From positions 1,983,432 through 2,047,431 of the forward strand of contig CBDEFX010000002.1 in the NCBI GenBank assembly GCA_965237635.1: 64,000 bases of DNA, given 5' to 3'. The stretch is from Dehalococcoidia bacterium. GTDB taxonomy: Bacteria > Chloroflexota > Dehalococcoidia > Lucifugimonadales > CAUZJF01. Within the stretch, counting starts at the first letter, position 1. Every line of letters begins with the position of its first letter. The position numbers and the translations under genes are program-made. Below, piece after piece: positions 9,371 through 18,548 of this stretch. Under the pieces are notes generated by a model that did not search any database, was not told the DNA's origin, and saw only the letters and a program-made list of their open reading frames with translations.

Positions 9371-9906
9371 CCTTACTACCCCGGCCTCAAGCAGCGCTGC
9401 TGGGTACACCTGTTGCGGGACATCAATGAGCTTGAGGCGCTGTACCCTCAAGACATGGGCCTCGCCCTATGGGCTACAGCGGTGCGCCAACTCTATGACC
9501 GGGCAAAGGCGTGCACTGACGCCCGCAGCCGACCGGCGTCTGGCTCACACCCGTCAGCGTCTCCCAACCAGTTGATGCTGGAGAAACTTCTGCTGTCGCT
9601 GTGCCAGCCCTTCTCCAACGACGATACTGCGCCTCAAGCCAAGCTCTGCCGGCGCATAGAACGGTTCATCAAGGAACTGTTCGTCTTCGTTTCCCACCCG
9701 GGTGTGCCACCCGAGAACAATGCGGCTGAACGGAGCTTACGGCACCTGGCGGTCAGCCGTAAGATCAGCGGCGGCACTCGCTCTGAACGGGGCACCAACA
9801 CCAAAATGGCTCTCGCATCCCTCTTTGGCACCTGGAGGGCCAACGACCTTAACCCACTCCTCCACTGCCGCAACCTGCTCGTTTCCCCTCAACTCTGAAC
9901 AGTTAC
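9371..9906 (+). mobile_element. IS66-family element, 3' fragment (transposase C-terminus + right end); the 5' part is removed at the IS3 junction
   Basis: The open frame from 9371 reads PYYPGLKQRCWVHLLRDINEL ... FVFVSHPGVPPENNAAERSLRHLAVSRKISGGTRSERGTNTKMALASLFGTW, which are IS66 DDE C-terminal motifs. Stop at 9898. The sequence ...cagTTAC at 9903-9906 fits the GTAA(G) IS66 terminus. Confidence 0.75.
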
Positions 9907-10395
9907 GATGGGGACTGTGTCGGGCAGAATCCTGATCGCATCGTCTGAGATTGCGAACTCAGCCAAGGTACGATTTACAAGGACCGGGTATCCTGCGGTC
10001 CCGGACCTCGTCATCATGAGGGTCCCCTGCTGGGGCATCATTTCTTCGAGCTTGGGCATATCATGCGATAGGAATCGGGTTCTCTCCGGTCGGAAGAAAA
10101 ACATCTCGCTCGGCGTCATGAATGGCGGACCCTCACCCCTGTCAGCCCATATACGCTTGAAGTTGCTCCGTGCCTGATTCTGCGTCAAGTGGAACATCGC
10201 CCCAACACAGTCTCCAACGAGCGAAACCGGAAGGCCGCACGATTCGATCTCGTTTCGCGCTCGCAGTGCGCCCGCCGCATAGGCGCTTGCCTGTAATAGA
10301 TGGTCGCCCGAGAAAAGCGACTGGGAGGAAACTCCGAAGTGTTCGACCTCCTCCTGATCTGGCGTCAAGAGCGCGAGGGAGGATGAATTACGCAT
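9907..10395 (-). pseudogene. N-terminal fragment of the HsdS-like protein, translationally coupled to the methyltransferase and cut by the IS66 end
   Basis: The ATG at 10395 overlaps the methyltransferase stop (ATGCGTAA). MRNSSSLALL...TRSGTAGYPVLVNRTLAEFAISDDAIRILPDTVPI, after which the last 5 codons (VTVQS*) come from IS66 DNA. Confidence 0.45.
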
Positions 10396-12400
10396 GCATC
10401 CACCTCTGTGGCGGAATACTCCCAAGCCATTCCTTGAAGACTTCCGCCACCATCGGGAGTTGGTCGTTTCGGATTGGTTCAGCCACATCCTGAACGCTCT
10501 CTATTACATCCCCCTTCGCGTTGCGCGTCTTGACGACACGCTGCTTCGTTACCAGGATTTGTTCTCCAGACGGGGTACGCTTGAAAACGGGATTCCCCCG
10601 CAAGTCCCATCCAACCTCGTCCGCAATGGCCATGAAAACCTGATAGTCCGGTGGCTTTCCCATCTCTCTGGCACGGCGCAGTTCCTCGTCCGTGAACTTC
10701 TGGAGCACCAACACACTCGTAAGGGTGCCGGTGTCCGAGCGGGCGAACATCTGCTTCGGGAGATCGATGCTCGCCAGTACGTAAGCGTTCATGAATATCC
10801 ATTTCCGAATGAACACGAGCCCGGGGTTAGAGAGAATGCTGTCGGGCAGCACGATAGCCATCCGCCCGGCCGGCTTTAGGAAACGCAGGCACCTTTCGAT
10901 GAAAAGATGTTCAGGCGGCATTGACGCACGCACGGCGGCAGCATCGAAGACTGCCAACTCGAATTGATCCAATACATGCGGATCATCGATTGGCAATTTT
11001 GACCCGAACGGCGGATTCGTAAATACGACATTGAATCTTCCGAATCCTACCCGCTTCCTCACCGAAGGTGACCATTCGCCCGGAGGCAGAAGTGAATTCG
11101 CATGATGCACGTTTGTGGAACCGTCACCATGCATGGCGAGGTTCATTTGCGCTGCACGGACCAGTTCGAAGAGCTTGTCCACACCATGAATGTTATTGTT
11201 GCAAGCAGTCGTCAGGCGGTCTGCAACTTCTCTTCGGACGCGCCCCTCGTTGTCGCCCCACTTTCCGACAGCGCCCGCAGTGATAGCGCTCTTGATATTT
11301 AGCAAGGCGGCTCGGAGGAACCCCCCTGTACCACATGCAGGGTCTATCACTGACAGGGTGGCCCAATCGTCAGACGAGTAGGTGGCAAACACCATATCCA
11401 CCGCCATATCGCATACGTTGCGTGGAGTAAAAAACGCTCCTGAGTCCCTTCGACTCGTCACAGAAACCAACTCCTCGTATGCCTCGCCTTTGATATCGCT
11501 CTGTGTCTCCTCAAAGTTGTACTTCTCCAACTCGGAGACAACGTAAGCAAGCGAACGGTTGTCCATCTCGATACGCTCAGACGCAGCGGTAAAGATGTAC
11601 GGGTACTTCTGCATGACTTGAGCAAATAGGCTCTCAATACGACGCCGCAAACTGCGCTGGCCGAGTTCGCTTCGGCGTTCCTCCTGCGCGATACTGAATT
11701 CCATCATGCCGTCCGTGGTGTTCTCATCAAAAACCTTGCAAAAGATGAGCTTCAGAAGCTCAAAGAAGGCACGTTCCTTGCTGAGGTTGCCATTCACGTG
11801 CAGATAGTTATGACAGCGTTTGAATACGCTCCGAAGTCCGTCCGTTGCGGGCACTAACTCTGAAAATCTTTTGCGACGGGGTTCATCTTCGCCACGGAGG
11901 GGGATGTCCGTAGCCGGAACAATCTGCTTGCTAGTGGATACGGTGGAATCATGCAGGCGCTCAAATGCCTGCATCTCAGAGCCAACCCAGAGACCCCATC
12001 GGGCGTTGAGACATGCAGAGAGATACGACAGGAGTTGCTTGACGCCATCATCACGGTGTGTCGGCATCACGTCGTCGCGCTTCGTCTCAACGATCATCGC
12101 CACTGTCTCCTGGATATGCTCGGCATCCTCGGGGAAAATGACGATGCCAGCGCGCTTGCGGCTAGAGCCTATCTGTACAGGAAACTCCAAGTCGATATCG
12201 CGCTTGGAGTAGCCGTATTCCTCTACGAGGCTTCGGGCGACCCGCTGGCGGACATGCTCCTCCGGCGTGTCTTTGCGGAACTTGTCATCATAGATGTAGC
12301 AGCGAATCTTTCCACGCGGGACGAGACGGATGGGCGCATCGGGACGGCTGTCCATGCGTTCTCCCACCTCTTCCAGATCATCGGCTCCCACTTGCATCAA
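10388..12400 (-). CDS. N6-adenine DNA methyltransferase (HsdM-like, gamma class) with an N-terminal HSDR_N-like domain
   Basis: 670 aa. N-terminus IRLVPRGKIRCYIYDDKFRKDTPEEHVRQRVARSLVEEYGY. Motifs FFTPRNVCDMAVDMV, VIDPACGTGGFL (SAM motif I) and VVFTNPPFGSKL (NPPF catalytic motif). Confidence 0.85.
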   Translation of the reverse strand: MMQVGADDLEEVGERMDSRPDAPIRLVPRGKIRCYIYDDKFRKDTPEEHVRQRVARSLVEEYGYSKRDIDLEFPVQIGSSRKRAGIVIFPEDAEHIQETVAMIVETKRDDVMPTHRDDGVKQLLSYLSACLNARWGLWVGSEMQAFERLHDSTVSTSKQIVPATDIPLRGEDEPRRKRFSELVPATDGLRSVFKRCHNYLHVNGNLSKERAFFELLKLIFCKVFDENTTDGMMEFSIAQEERRSELGQRSLRRRIESLFAQVMQKYPYIFTAASERIEMDNRSLAYVVSELEKYNFEETQSDIKGEAYEELVSVTSRRDSGAFFTPRNVCDMAVDMVFATYSSDDWATLSVIDPACGTGGFLRAALLNIKSAITAGAVGKWGDNEGRVRREVADRLTTACNNNIHGVDKLFELVRAAQMNLAMHGDGSTNVHHANSLLPPGEWSPSVRKRVGFGRFNVVFTNPPFGSKLPIDDPHVLDQFELAVFDAAAVRASMPPEHLFIERCLRFLKPAGRMAIVLPDSILSNPGLVFIRKWIFMNAYVLASIDLPKQMFARSDTGTLTSVLVLQKFTDEELRRAREMGKPPDYQVFMAIADEVGWDLRGNPVFKRTPSGEQILVTKQRVVKTRNAKGDVIESVQDVAEPIRNDQLPMVAEVFKEWLGSIPPQRWMHA

Positions 12401-12414
12401 GAATCCTCCCTCCT

Positions 12415-13068
12415 CTACGCCACCAACTCCTGATAACGCAACCGCTTGCCCACCATGCCACTAGCGACACGCTGCATCTGCTGCATGGTGTCCTGCGACC
12501 GCTGGTTGTGACGACCCGCGAACTCCCCTATGTACCGGTCTAGGTGCTTGGGGCTGACGTGGTGGAAGTTGCCCATGATGCCTCGGTCGAGCATCGCCCA
12601 GAAGCTCTCTATTCCGTTGGTGTGGGCCTGCTCTCGCACGTACTCCCCTGTAAAGTGCTGGACGGTCTCATGGTGCCTTGGCATCCCGGTGTAGGCCGTT
12701 GCTTCGACCGTGTACACCTGCGCGGTCGCAATCGTAGCATCCACTACCCGGCCCTGCAATGTCGCCGCGTCCGTGCTTTCCACGACACCGGCGACAACCT
12801 GATTCGTGGCGCGGTCGAGGACGCCGTGTACGATGGTCTTGCCCACGGAGCCCCTGCCCAGACGCCGCTTCTTGCTCCCGTGCTTGTTCTTCTCCACCCC
12901 GCCGATGGCCGTCTCGTCGGCCTCCACCGGCCCCGCAAACTGCTCCACAACACCGGGGAACGCCTTGCGGATGCGGTGGGCCAAGTGCCACGAGGTCTTG
13001 TAGGTCACCGCTACGTCGCGGTGCAGCTTCATGGCGCTGTTCGGTGTGCTGTCACCCCTGGGGCGCAA
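12415..13068 (-). CDS. IS1595-family (ISXO2-like) DDE transposase, probably 5'-truncated
   Basis: VTYKTSWHLAHRIRKAF, ETAIGG..KNKH, GKTIVHGVLDR, VYTVEATAY, HTNGIESFWAMLDRGI.G.FHHVSPKHLDRYIGEFAGRHN. The N-terminal Zn-ribbon region is not present. Confidence 0.75.
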   Translation of the reverse strand: MRPRGDSTPNSAMKLHRDVAVTYKTSWHLAHRIRKAFPGVVEQFAGPVEADETAIGGVEKNKHGSKKRRLGRGSVGKTIVHGVLDRATNQVVAGVVESTDAATLQGRVVDATIATAQVYTVEATAYTGMPRHHETVQHFTGEYVREQAHTNGIESFWAMLDRGIMGNFHHVSPKHLDRYIGEFAGRHNQRSQDTMQQMQRVASGMVGKRLRYQELVA

Positions 13069-13069
13069 G

Positions 13070-13234
13070 GTGGAAAGCGAACTACGCCGGCGCTTAGGTG
13101 ACGTGTCGCTGGACTGGTCGGAACTGCGGGCCTCGGACCTATCCGGTCGGGCGCGGGCGTTCCAGTCGATGGTTGGCGGCGGTATGCCGGTTGCCGACGC
13201 CGTAGCGATTGCCGGGCTGATGGTAGACGACTAG
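13070..13234 (+). pseudogene. Possible C-terminal remnant of a phage portal protein
   Basis: LDWSELRASDLSGRARAFQSMVGGGMPVADAVAIAGLMVDD resembles the tail of Phage_portal-family proteins. It is cut upstream by the IS1595 remnant. This is a weak call based on one short motif. Confidence 0.3.
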
Positions 13235-13287
13235 TTTGCTGCCTCAGGTGAGGCGGTCAGAGGAATGCAAAGGTTGGAAGAACTAGA

Positions 13288-13599
13288 TCAATCTAGCAAT
13301 GCCGATATCACGTTGGCAGCCACTGTCACCAAACTGGTCGAGATAAGAACGGCTACAGGAAACCAATTCTTCCTGAGCCAATAGACCCGTGGCGCCTTCA
13401 GTTTCTGGTAGTAGTCGTAACCCTGTATGGTGATCCTGTAGGAGCTGGTGCTCTCTGTCTCCTCTAAGGCACCGTATTCTGTAAGCAAGTCAACGGCCTC
13501 AAAAATCAGGCCATCGTCCCCAAAATGTAGAACTAGCGGTTTTCCATTGAAACGGTCTTCCAAGGTGCGGAGCATTTCGTTACGTAATTCAGGCCGCAC
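13288..13599 (-). CDS. Hypothetical protein with a C-terminal transmembrane anchor (AT-richer than neighbours)
   Basis: 103-aa ORF with a hydrophobic tail, WFPVAVLISTSLVTVAANVISALL. I recognise no family. Confidence 0.4.
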   Translation of the reverse strand: MRPELRNEMLRTLEDRFNGKPLVLHFGDDGLIFEAVDLLTEYGALEETESTSSYRITIQGYDYYQKLKAPRVYWLRKNWFPVAVLISTSLVTVAANVISALLD

Positions 13600-13726
13600 T
13601 TACTTTCTCCCAATGCACGAAAGTAGTACCAGATACTACTTTAGCGCCATTCCATATTGAGTTACTGGCTCCCCTGGCAGGACTCGGACCGACGCGATAG
13701 CCCTTGACTCCCTCGAGAGGGAGCTG

Positions 13727-14062
13727 CTACCGCTCGCGGAAGACCTCCACGCTGGCGTGGTCCAGAACGCTACCTTTGATCGGGACCTCGGGCTTTCTCA
13801 CTCTGACCTTCACCGCCTCCACCTCAAACCCTTCCAGGACTCGCTGCGCGATCGTCTCGACAATGTTTTCCAGAAGGTTTCGGCTCGGGCCCTCCAGGAT
13901 TTCCTTGACTAGCTCGTAGAAGCGGGTATAGCTGACGGTATCGGCGAGGTCGTCGGAGAGGCCGGCGGGACGAAGGTCACGGTGGACTTCCAGGTCGACT
14001 ACGAAGCGCTGCCCGACCTCTCGCTCGGCGGGGTTCGCGCCATGAAAGCCGTAGAAGACCAT
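13727..14062 (-). CDS. folB: Dihydroneopterin aldolase
   Basis: MVFYGFHGANPAEREVGQRFVVDLEV...DDLADTVSYTRFYELVKEI...NLLENIVETIAQRVLE.F.VEAVKVRVRKPEVPI. The in-frame upstream residues DKILLEG also look FolB-like but carry no ATG or GTG, so a CTG start near 14092 is possible. Confidence 0.85.
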   Translation of the reverse strand: MVFYGFHGANPAEREVGQRFVVDLEVHRDLRPAGLSDDLADTVSYTRFYELVKEILEGPSRNLLENIVETIAQRVLEGFEVEAVKVRVRKPEVPIKGSVLDHASVEVFRER

Positions 14063-14081
14063 CCCTTCAAGCAGGATTTTG

Positions 14082-14972
14082 TCAGGAGTCAGAGCTGTCC
14101 TCAGACCGTTCGATGCTCGACGCCAGCTCCAGTAGACCCCTAGCGCGCTCGACGACCGGCTGGTCGATCACCTTTCCATCGAGCGAGGTAGCACCGCTCC
14201 CGGAGCGCTCCGCCTCGTCGTAAGCTGCCAGGACGCGGCGGGCGTTCTCGACCTCCGTCCGTGACGGAGCAAACGCCTGGTTGATGACGTCGATCTGGTC
14301 AGGGTGGATAGCGAACTTTCCACGAAAGCCGTACGTCCGCGCGGTCTGGGCGTCTCGACTCAGGCCTTCGGGGTCGCGGAACTGGAAGTAGGGGGTGTCG
14401 AGGGCAAGAACGCTGGCGGCCTTGGCGGCAACACATACCGCGCTTCTCGGATATGCGATCTGCGAGTCATCGCCCGTTCGCTCGACGGCCATATCGTTGG
14501 TGAAGTCCTCGGCGCCGAACGCCACGGCCAGAATCCTTGGGGACGCCGCACATATCTGATAAGCGTTCACGATCGCCCTGGCAGTCTCGAGCCACAGGAC
14601 GAGCTTGATGCTGCCGACGGTCAGACCTGCTCTCTTTTCATGGGCCTCAACCGCCGTCGAAATCAAGTGTACTTCGTCGGCTGAGCCCACCTTCCCTACT
14701 GAAATACCGAAGATGTGGGGGCCCACCACCGCGGCCAGGTCCTGCTCGAAGAGTCCTGTGTCCGGCGAGTTAACTCTTGGGATCACGAGGGGCCCAGCGT
14801 CCGCCAGCCTTGATAGGAACGACGCCGTAGTATTGCGGGCGTTTTCTTTCTCTTCCAGGGGGACCGAGTCCTCCAGGTCGGGAACATAGGCGTCGGGCGA
14901 GAAGCCCAACGCCTTTTCTAGCATATTGGGCCGGTTGCCGGGAACGAAAAGCGGGCTTCTGAGCAAGGTCAT
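14082..14972 (-). CDS. HpcH/HpaI aldolase / citrate lyase beta-subunit-like (CitE / acyl-CoA lyase family)
   Basis: LRSPLFVPGNRPNMLEKA..F.PDAYVPDLEDSVP..EK..AR, LWLETARAIVNAY, AVAFGAEDFTNDM, FAIHPDQI. Confidence 0.8.
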   Translation of the reverse strand: MTLLRSPLFVPGNRPNMLEKALGFSPDAYVPDLEDSVPLEEKENARNTTASFLSRLADAGPLVIPRVNSPDTGLFEQDLAAVVGPHIFGISVGKVGSADEVHLISTAVEAHEKRAGLTVGSIKLVLWLETARAIVNAYQICAASPRILAVAFGAEDFTNDMAVERTGDDSQIAYPRSAVCVAAKAASVLALDTPYFQFRDPEGLSRDAQTARTYGFRGKFAIHPDQIDVINQAFAPSRTEVENARRVLAAYDEAERSGSGATSLDGKVIDQPVVERARGLLELASSIERSEDSSDS

Positions 14973-15052
14973 GAGCGTCTTGGCTCTGCAAGCCTCTGTG
15001 GGCTGATGGTGGCGCCGCAGACTCGTGCTTAGTCACCCGTGAAATGCGGGCT

Positions 15053-15134
15053 CTCACCCCATCCTCACCTTCCCCCATCAAGGGGGAAGGGATTTGTCCT
15101 CTCCCTTGACGGGAGAGGATTGAGGTGAGGGTGA
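15053..15134. repeat. GC-rich intergenic element with nested hairpins (REP-like)
   Basis: ccttcccccatcaagggggaagg and cctctcccttgacgggagagg hairpins bracketed by ctcaccccatcctcacc / ggtgagggtga. Spurious ORFs across it read the familiar SPLMGEGEDGV-type peptide. Confidence 0.6.
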
Positions 15135-15351
15135 TCGCCCCTAAGACTACGCCGGAGAATCGGCTACCTACGGCTGCGCGGTCACAGTATATCATCGCCG
15201 GGTCTGACTCCTAGACCTATGGTTGGACGACCACGGGAAAAAGGGAGTACACTTCGTCTCGGCCAGACTCGACTTGAAAGAGGGCCACCCCTCCCCAGAC
15301 ACCTTGGGGCGGCTTCGTGTGTAAGACCCATTTCGACTACGAGGGGAGTAG

Positions 15352-16284
15352 ATGCAAGAGCTGCGGGTGTGCAAGTTTTTCCAGTCGGGGAGAGAGCGAG
15401 TAGGCAGCTATGAGAACGGTAGGATATTCGACCTGAACCTTTGTGCGGCGCGGCATCTGTCTACAAAGAATGGGGACGCCGACGCAGCGGGTCTGGCTAA
15501 CACGTCGGTGCCGCCGTACCTGGAGGATTTCATCAAAGGCGGTGATGCCACGATCGAAGCGGCGCGCGAATCCTTGGCATGGGTGCTGGAGAGTGGCGAC
15601 GAGGAGGGCTCGAACGGCGAGCCACTGTCCCGTGGTCTAGAAGAGATTAAGCTAGAGGCACCGGTCCTCGGCGACAGCAAGATCATCTGCCTGGGAGACA
15701 CCTACGAGAGCCACATGGCCGTAAAAGGCGACCCCCTTCCCGACCATTTTGGGTTGTTCTACAAGATGACTCAGGTCGTGGTCGGCCCGGACGACTTTGT
15801 CGTCATTCCCAAGCACCACGATGGCCCCGTCGTGTATGGCACCGAACTGACGCTGGTCATTGGCAAGGAGGGCCGCAGCATCCGGGAGGAAGAGGCCGAG
15901 GACCACGTCTGGGGCTATACTATCCTGAACGACGTGACGCTACGGAATATGGCGTTTCACTGGGGTCCGACTCCCAAGGTTTTCGAGACCAGCGCCCCAA
16001 TCGGACCATGGATCGTTCCAAAGGACCAGATAAAGCAGCCGAACGACCTGAAGCTGCTGTTTCGGTTGAACGGCAAGCCAGTGCAGGATGGCACGACCGG
16101 GGACATGAGGTTCCCGCTGTTCCCGATGGTCTCCGAGATATCGTGGTGGCATAAGCTGCGGCCGGGCGACATAATCGCCACTGGCGACGTCGGGGCCACG
16201 GAATCGGCAAAGCCCGGCGACGTAATGGAGGCCGAGATCCCTGAGATCGGGGTGCTCCGCAACCCGGTCAAGAGCGAGGACTAA
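15352..16284 (+). CDS. Fumarylacetoacetate hydrolase (FAH) family protein
   Basis: KIICLGDTYESH, FYKMTQVVVGPDDFVVIP, GTELTLVIGKEGRSI, VWGYTILNDVTLRN, MRFPLFPMVSEISWWHKLRPGDIIATG. Confidence 0.85.
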   Translation: MQELRVCKFFQSGRERVGSYENGRIFDLNLCAARHLSTKNGDADAAGLANTSVPPYLEDFIKGGDATIEAARESLAWVLESGDEEGSNGEPLSRGLEEIKLEAPVLGDSKIICLGDTYESHMAVKGDPLPDHFGLFYKMTQVVVGPDDFVVIPKHHDGPVVYGTELTLVIGKEGRSIREEEAEDHVWGYTILNDVTLRNMAFHWGPTPKVFETSAPIGPWIVPKDQIKQPNDLKLLFRLNGKPVQDGTTGDMRFPLFPMVSEISWWHKLRPGDIIATGDVGATESAKPGDVMEAEIPEIGVLRNPVKSED

Positions 16285-16290
16285 GTAGGC

Positions 16291-16345
16291 CTCCCTCGAT
16301 ACGTCCCGATGCCGCATCGGGAATAGTCGGGATGGCGGACCTGTG
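16291..16345. repeat. REP-like palindromic element, family A (core CCCGATGCCGCATCGGG)
   Basis: ctcgatacgtcccgatgccgcatcgggaatagtcgggat; compare the copies near 26043, 31275 and 32442. Confidence 0.7.
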
Positions 16346-16392
16346 AGTAGAATCGACGGCACGTCGAAGGTTCGATACAGGAGGTAAATCTG

Positions 16393-17301
16393 ATGATAAC
16401 TGGAATCGCTTTCGTCGAAATGCGAGTGCGCGATTTCGATGAATGCCAGGACGTCTACGGAAGGGAGCTGGGGCTGACCGAGGTGCAGGACAGAAGGGCT
16501 GAGCAAACGGAACATGGCGAGTGGGAATCTTCAGGTGCTCAGGAGGCCGGGAGCCGGGAGGCGGTCTTGCAGGTCGGCGATTCGTTCCTCATCCTACGCG
16601 AGGACGGAACGGTGGTCACCCAGGTGTTGCCCAACGGCGACGTGGACAACAAAGCACTTGGGTCGGTGCACCATTACTCCTTCTACGTCGAGAGCAATCA
16701 CCACGCCTACTCCCATTGGAAGGACTTCTTTGCCACCTACCGGTACTCGCGTACTAAGACCGGGCCGCAGGTCCAGCCGATGCAGCATTCCTATCTACAG
16801 AGGTCGCTTTTGGAGTTTGCGGATCCTAACGGGTATACCATCCAGTTCTCTGAGATCGTCGACCCCAGGCTTTCCCTTCAAGAAAGGCGGGTCGAGAAGG
16901 CCAACATCGCCAACGTGTCCACCGGCGGGCCGGTCAAAGGGTTCGATCATCTAAACATGCACTGTCCCGATCTTGCCGTGGCCAAGGAGCTGTATGCCGA
17001 CAAGCTGGGGCTGAGGACAATCGACCACTCAGATGGCGAGACGACCGAAGGCTACGTGTTTGTCGCCGGCCTATGTGACCTGGAGGTGTCCGCCAAAAAG
17101 CCCGGAATGGAGCCAGACGGACTTGGCCCGGGGATTATTGCGTCGTACGGACTCTGGTGCGACGACGTCGATTCTATTGCCAGAGATGTTGGGCACACAG
17201 GACCAATCACAGAGCGCGATCTGGCGCTCGGTGTTCCGATGAAGTCGATTACTGTGGACGTCGGTGACGGCGTGCCCGTGGAGTTGGCCCAGCGGCTATA
17301 G
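16393..17301 (+). CDS. Two-domain VOC (glyoxalase/bleomycin-resistance/dioxygenase) family protein
   Basis: Two halves each start with a VOC-like strand: ITGIAFVEMRVRDFDE...YGRELGL and GFDHLNMHCPDLAVAKELYADKLGL. Confidence 0.6.
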   Translation: MITGIAFVEMRVRDFDECQDVYGRELGLTEVQDRRAEQTEHGEWESSGAQEAGSREAVLQVGDSFLILREDGTVVTQVLPNGDVDNKALGSVHHYSFYVESNHHAYSHWKDFFATYRYSRTKTGPQVQPMQHSYLQRSLLEFADPNGYTIQFSEIVDPRLSLQERRVEKANIANVSTGGPVKGFDHLNMHCPDLAVAKELYADKLGLRTIDHSDGETTEGYVFVAGLCDLEVSAKKPGMEPDGLGPGIIASYGLWCDDVDSIARDVGHTGPITERDLALGVPMKSITVDVGDGVPVELAQRL

Positions 17302-17313
17302 ATAATCCCGCCT

Positions 17314-18228
17314 TTACTTTGCGTAGCCGTCGGGGGTGTTTCTTCGCCAGTCCGGAAGGTAACCTTCGGTTCTCGCGAACCCATGGGACGGAGCTATCTG
17401 GTTGAGGCTTTTCCAGGGCCAGGCCTGTCCTCCCATTACGCGAAACTGGTCCCCCTTTCCAGATAGCCAGTACAGCATATGCGCAACGTACCTGGCAACG
17501 CCATGGCCGCCGTAGTAGACCTTATGAAGGTCGAACTCCGGTTCGACGATCCAGTCCCCTGCTGGAGGTACCGTTCGCCAGTAGTTGAACTTCAGCATAT
17601 GCCGTACGCCTGATCCGGTGGACTCGCTCTTACGATGTAGGATGCTCTGAGAGTGGATGACGAGCGTCCCGGAGGCGCCGGCCGTTACCAGGCCTTTATC
17701 CTCCGCTTCACGTTGCATGGGACCGATATGCGACCCCGGCAATACCTCGGTTGGCCCCATCTCCACCGGGGTATCCTGAGGATAGTAGAACACCTCCAGA
17801 TAATTGACTTCGGGGCCGAATACGCAGTCGTCATCATGATGCCAGTCTCCGGCCGGACCAGGACATTCAGCCGTATGCTGACTCGTTAGAACCGGCATCC
17901 CCACGTTCTTGCCGAGCAGTGACCGTAATGCACCCGCCACTTGGGGATTGAGAATGACATTCTGGTTGAACCAGTCCTCTAGAAGTATTGTGCTGGGTTC
18001 GTTTCGAGAGTTGCGAATTCTCTCCAGGTCCTCGTTCGTAAGACCTTCCGGTATGAAGCTGGGGTTGGCGGGACTTTCTCCACCCAGATAGTCGAGCGTA
18101 CGCCGATTAGTCTCGTCATCGACGGCTCCATCCAAGACCAGAAACCCGTTTTTGCAGAAATCCAGGACCTGGGTGTCGGTCAGCGTAGGGTCGCAGTCAA
18201 ATGTTCTGGTTGCCTGGTCGTATTTCAT
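17314..18228 (-). CDS. Phytanoyl-CoA dioxygenase (PhyH)-family Fe(II)/2-oxoglutarate oxygenase
   Basis: FCKNGFLVLDGAVDDETN at the N-terminus, a WHHDDD (HxD) iron motif and a late GTLVIHSQSILHR segment. Confidence 0.7.
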   Translation of the reverse strand: MKYDQATRTFDCDPTLTDTQVLDFCKNGFLVLDGAVDDETNRRTLDYLGGESPANPSFIPEGLTNEDLERIRNSRNEPSTILLEDWFNQNVILNPQVAGALRSLLGKNVGMPVLTSQHTAECPGPAGDWHHDDDCVFGPEVNYLEVFYYPQDTPVEMGPTEVLPGSHIGPMQREAEDKGLVTAGASGTLVIHSQSILHRKSESTGSGVRHMLKFNYWRTVPPAGDWIVEPEFDLHKVYYGGHGVARYVAHMLYWLSGKGDQFRVMGGQAWPWKSLNQIAPSHGFARTEGYLPDWRRNTPDGYAK

Positions 18229-18349
18229 CGGGGATTACCTCAATCTTTGATTTGCATACCACAGCCGGGGGGTTCAACTTCTGGCCTGCTATTGTCCACC
18301 TTTTTTACCGAGGGTGCCACTAGCAGGCGCTAGAAACCCTTCGAGCATC

Positions 18350-18445
18350 CCCCTGACCCCCTTCCTGCCAGGAAGGGGGAAGAAAAACATATCTGAGGGA
18401 CACCCTCAGACTCCCGGCAAAGGGGCTTCGCCCCTCTGCACTCCC
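18350..18445. repeat. GC-rich intergenic multi-hairpin element (REP-like)
   Basis: cccccttcctgccaggaaggggg, tgagggacaccctca and ggggcttcgcccc hairpins in series. Confidence 0.55.
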
Positions 18446-18548
18446 CATCTATCATCGGCCTGCTTGCCCCTGTCGCCGATACGAATGTCGAAGGCTTTTA
18501 TCAACCGCGTTGACACCGCGAAAAGGCCCATGCTATAACCGGTCCACA

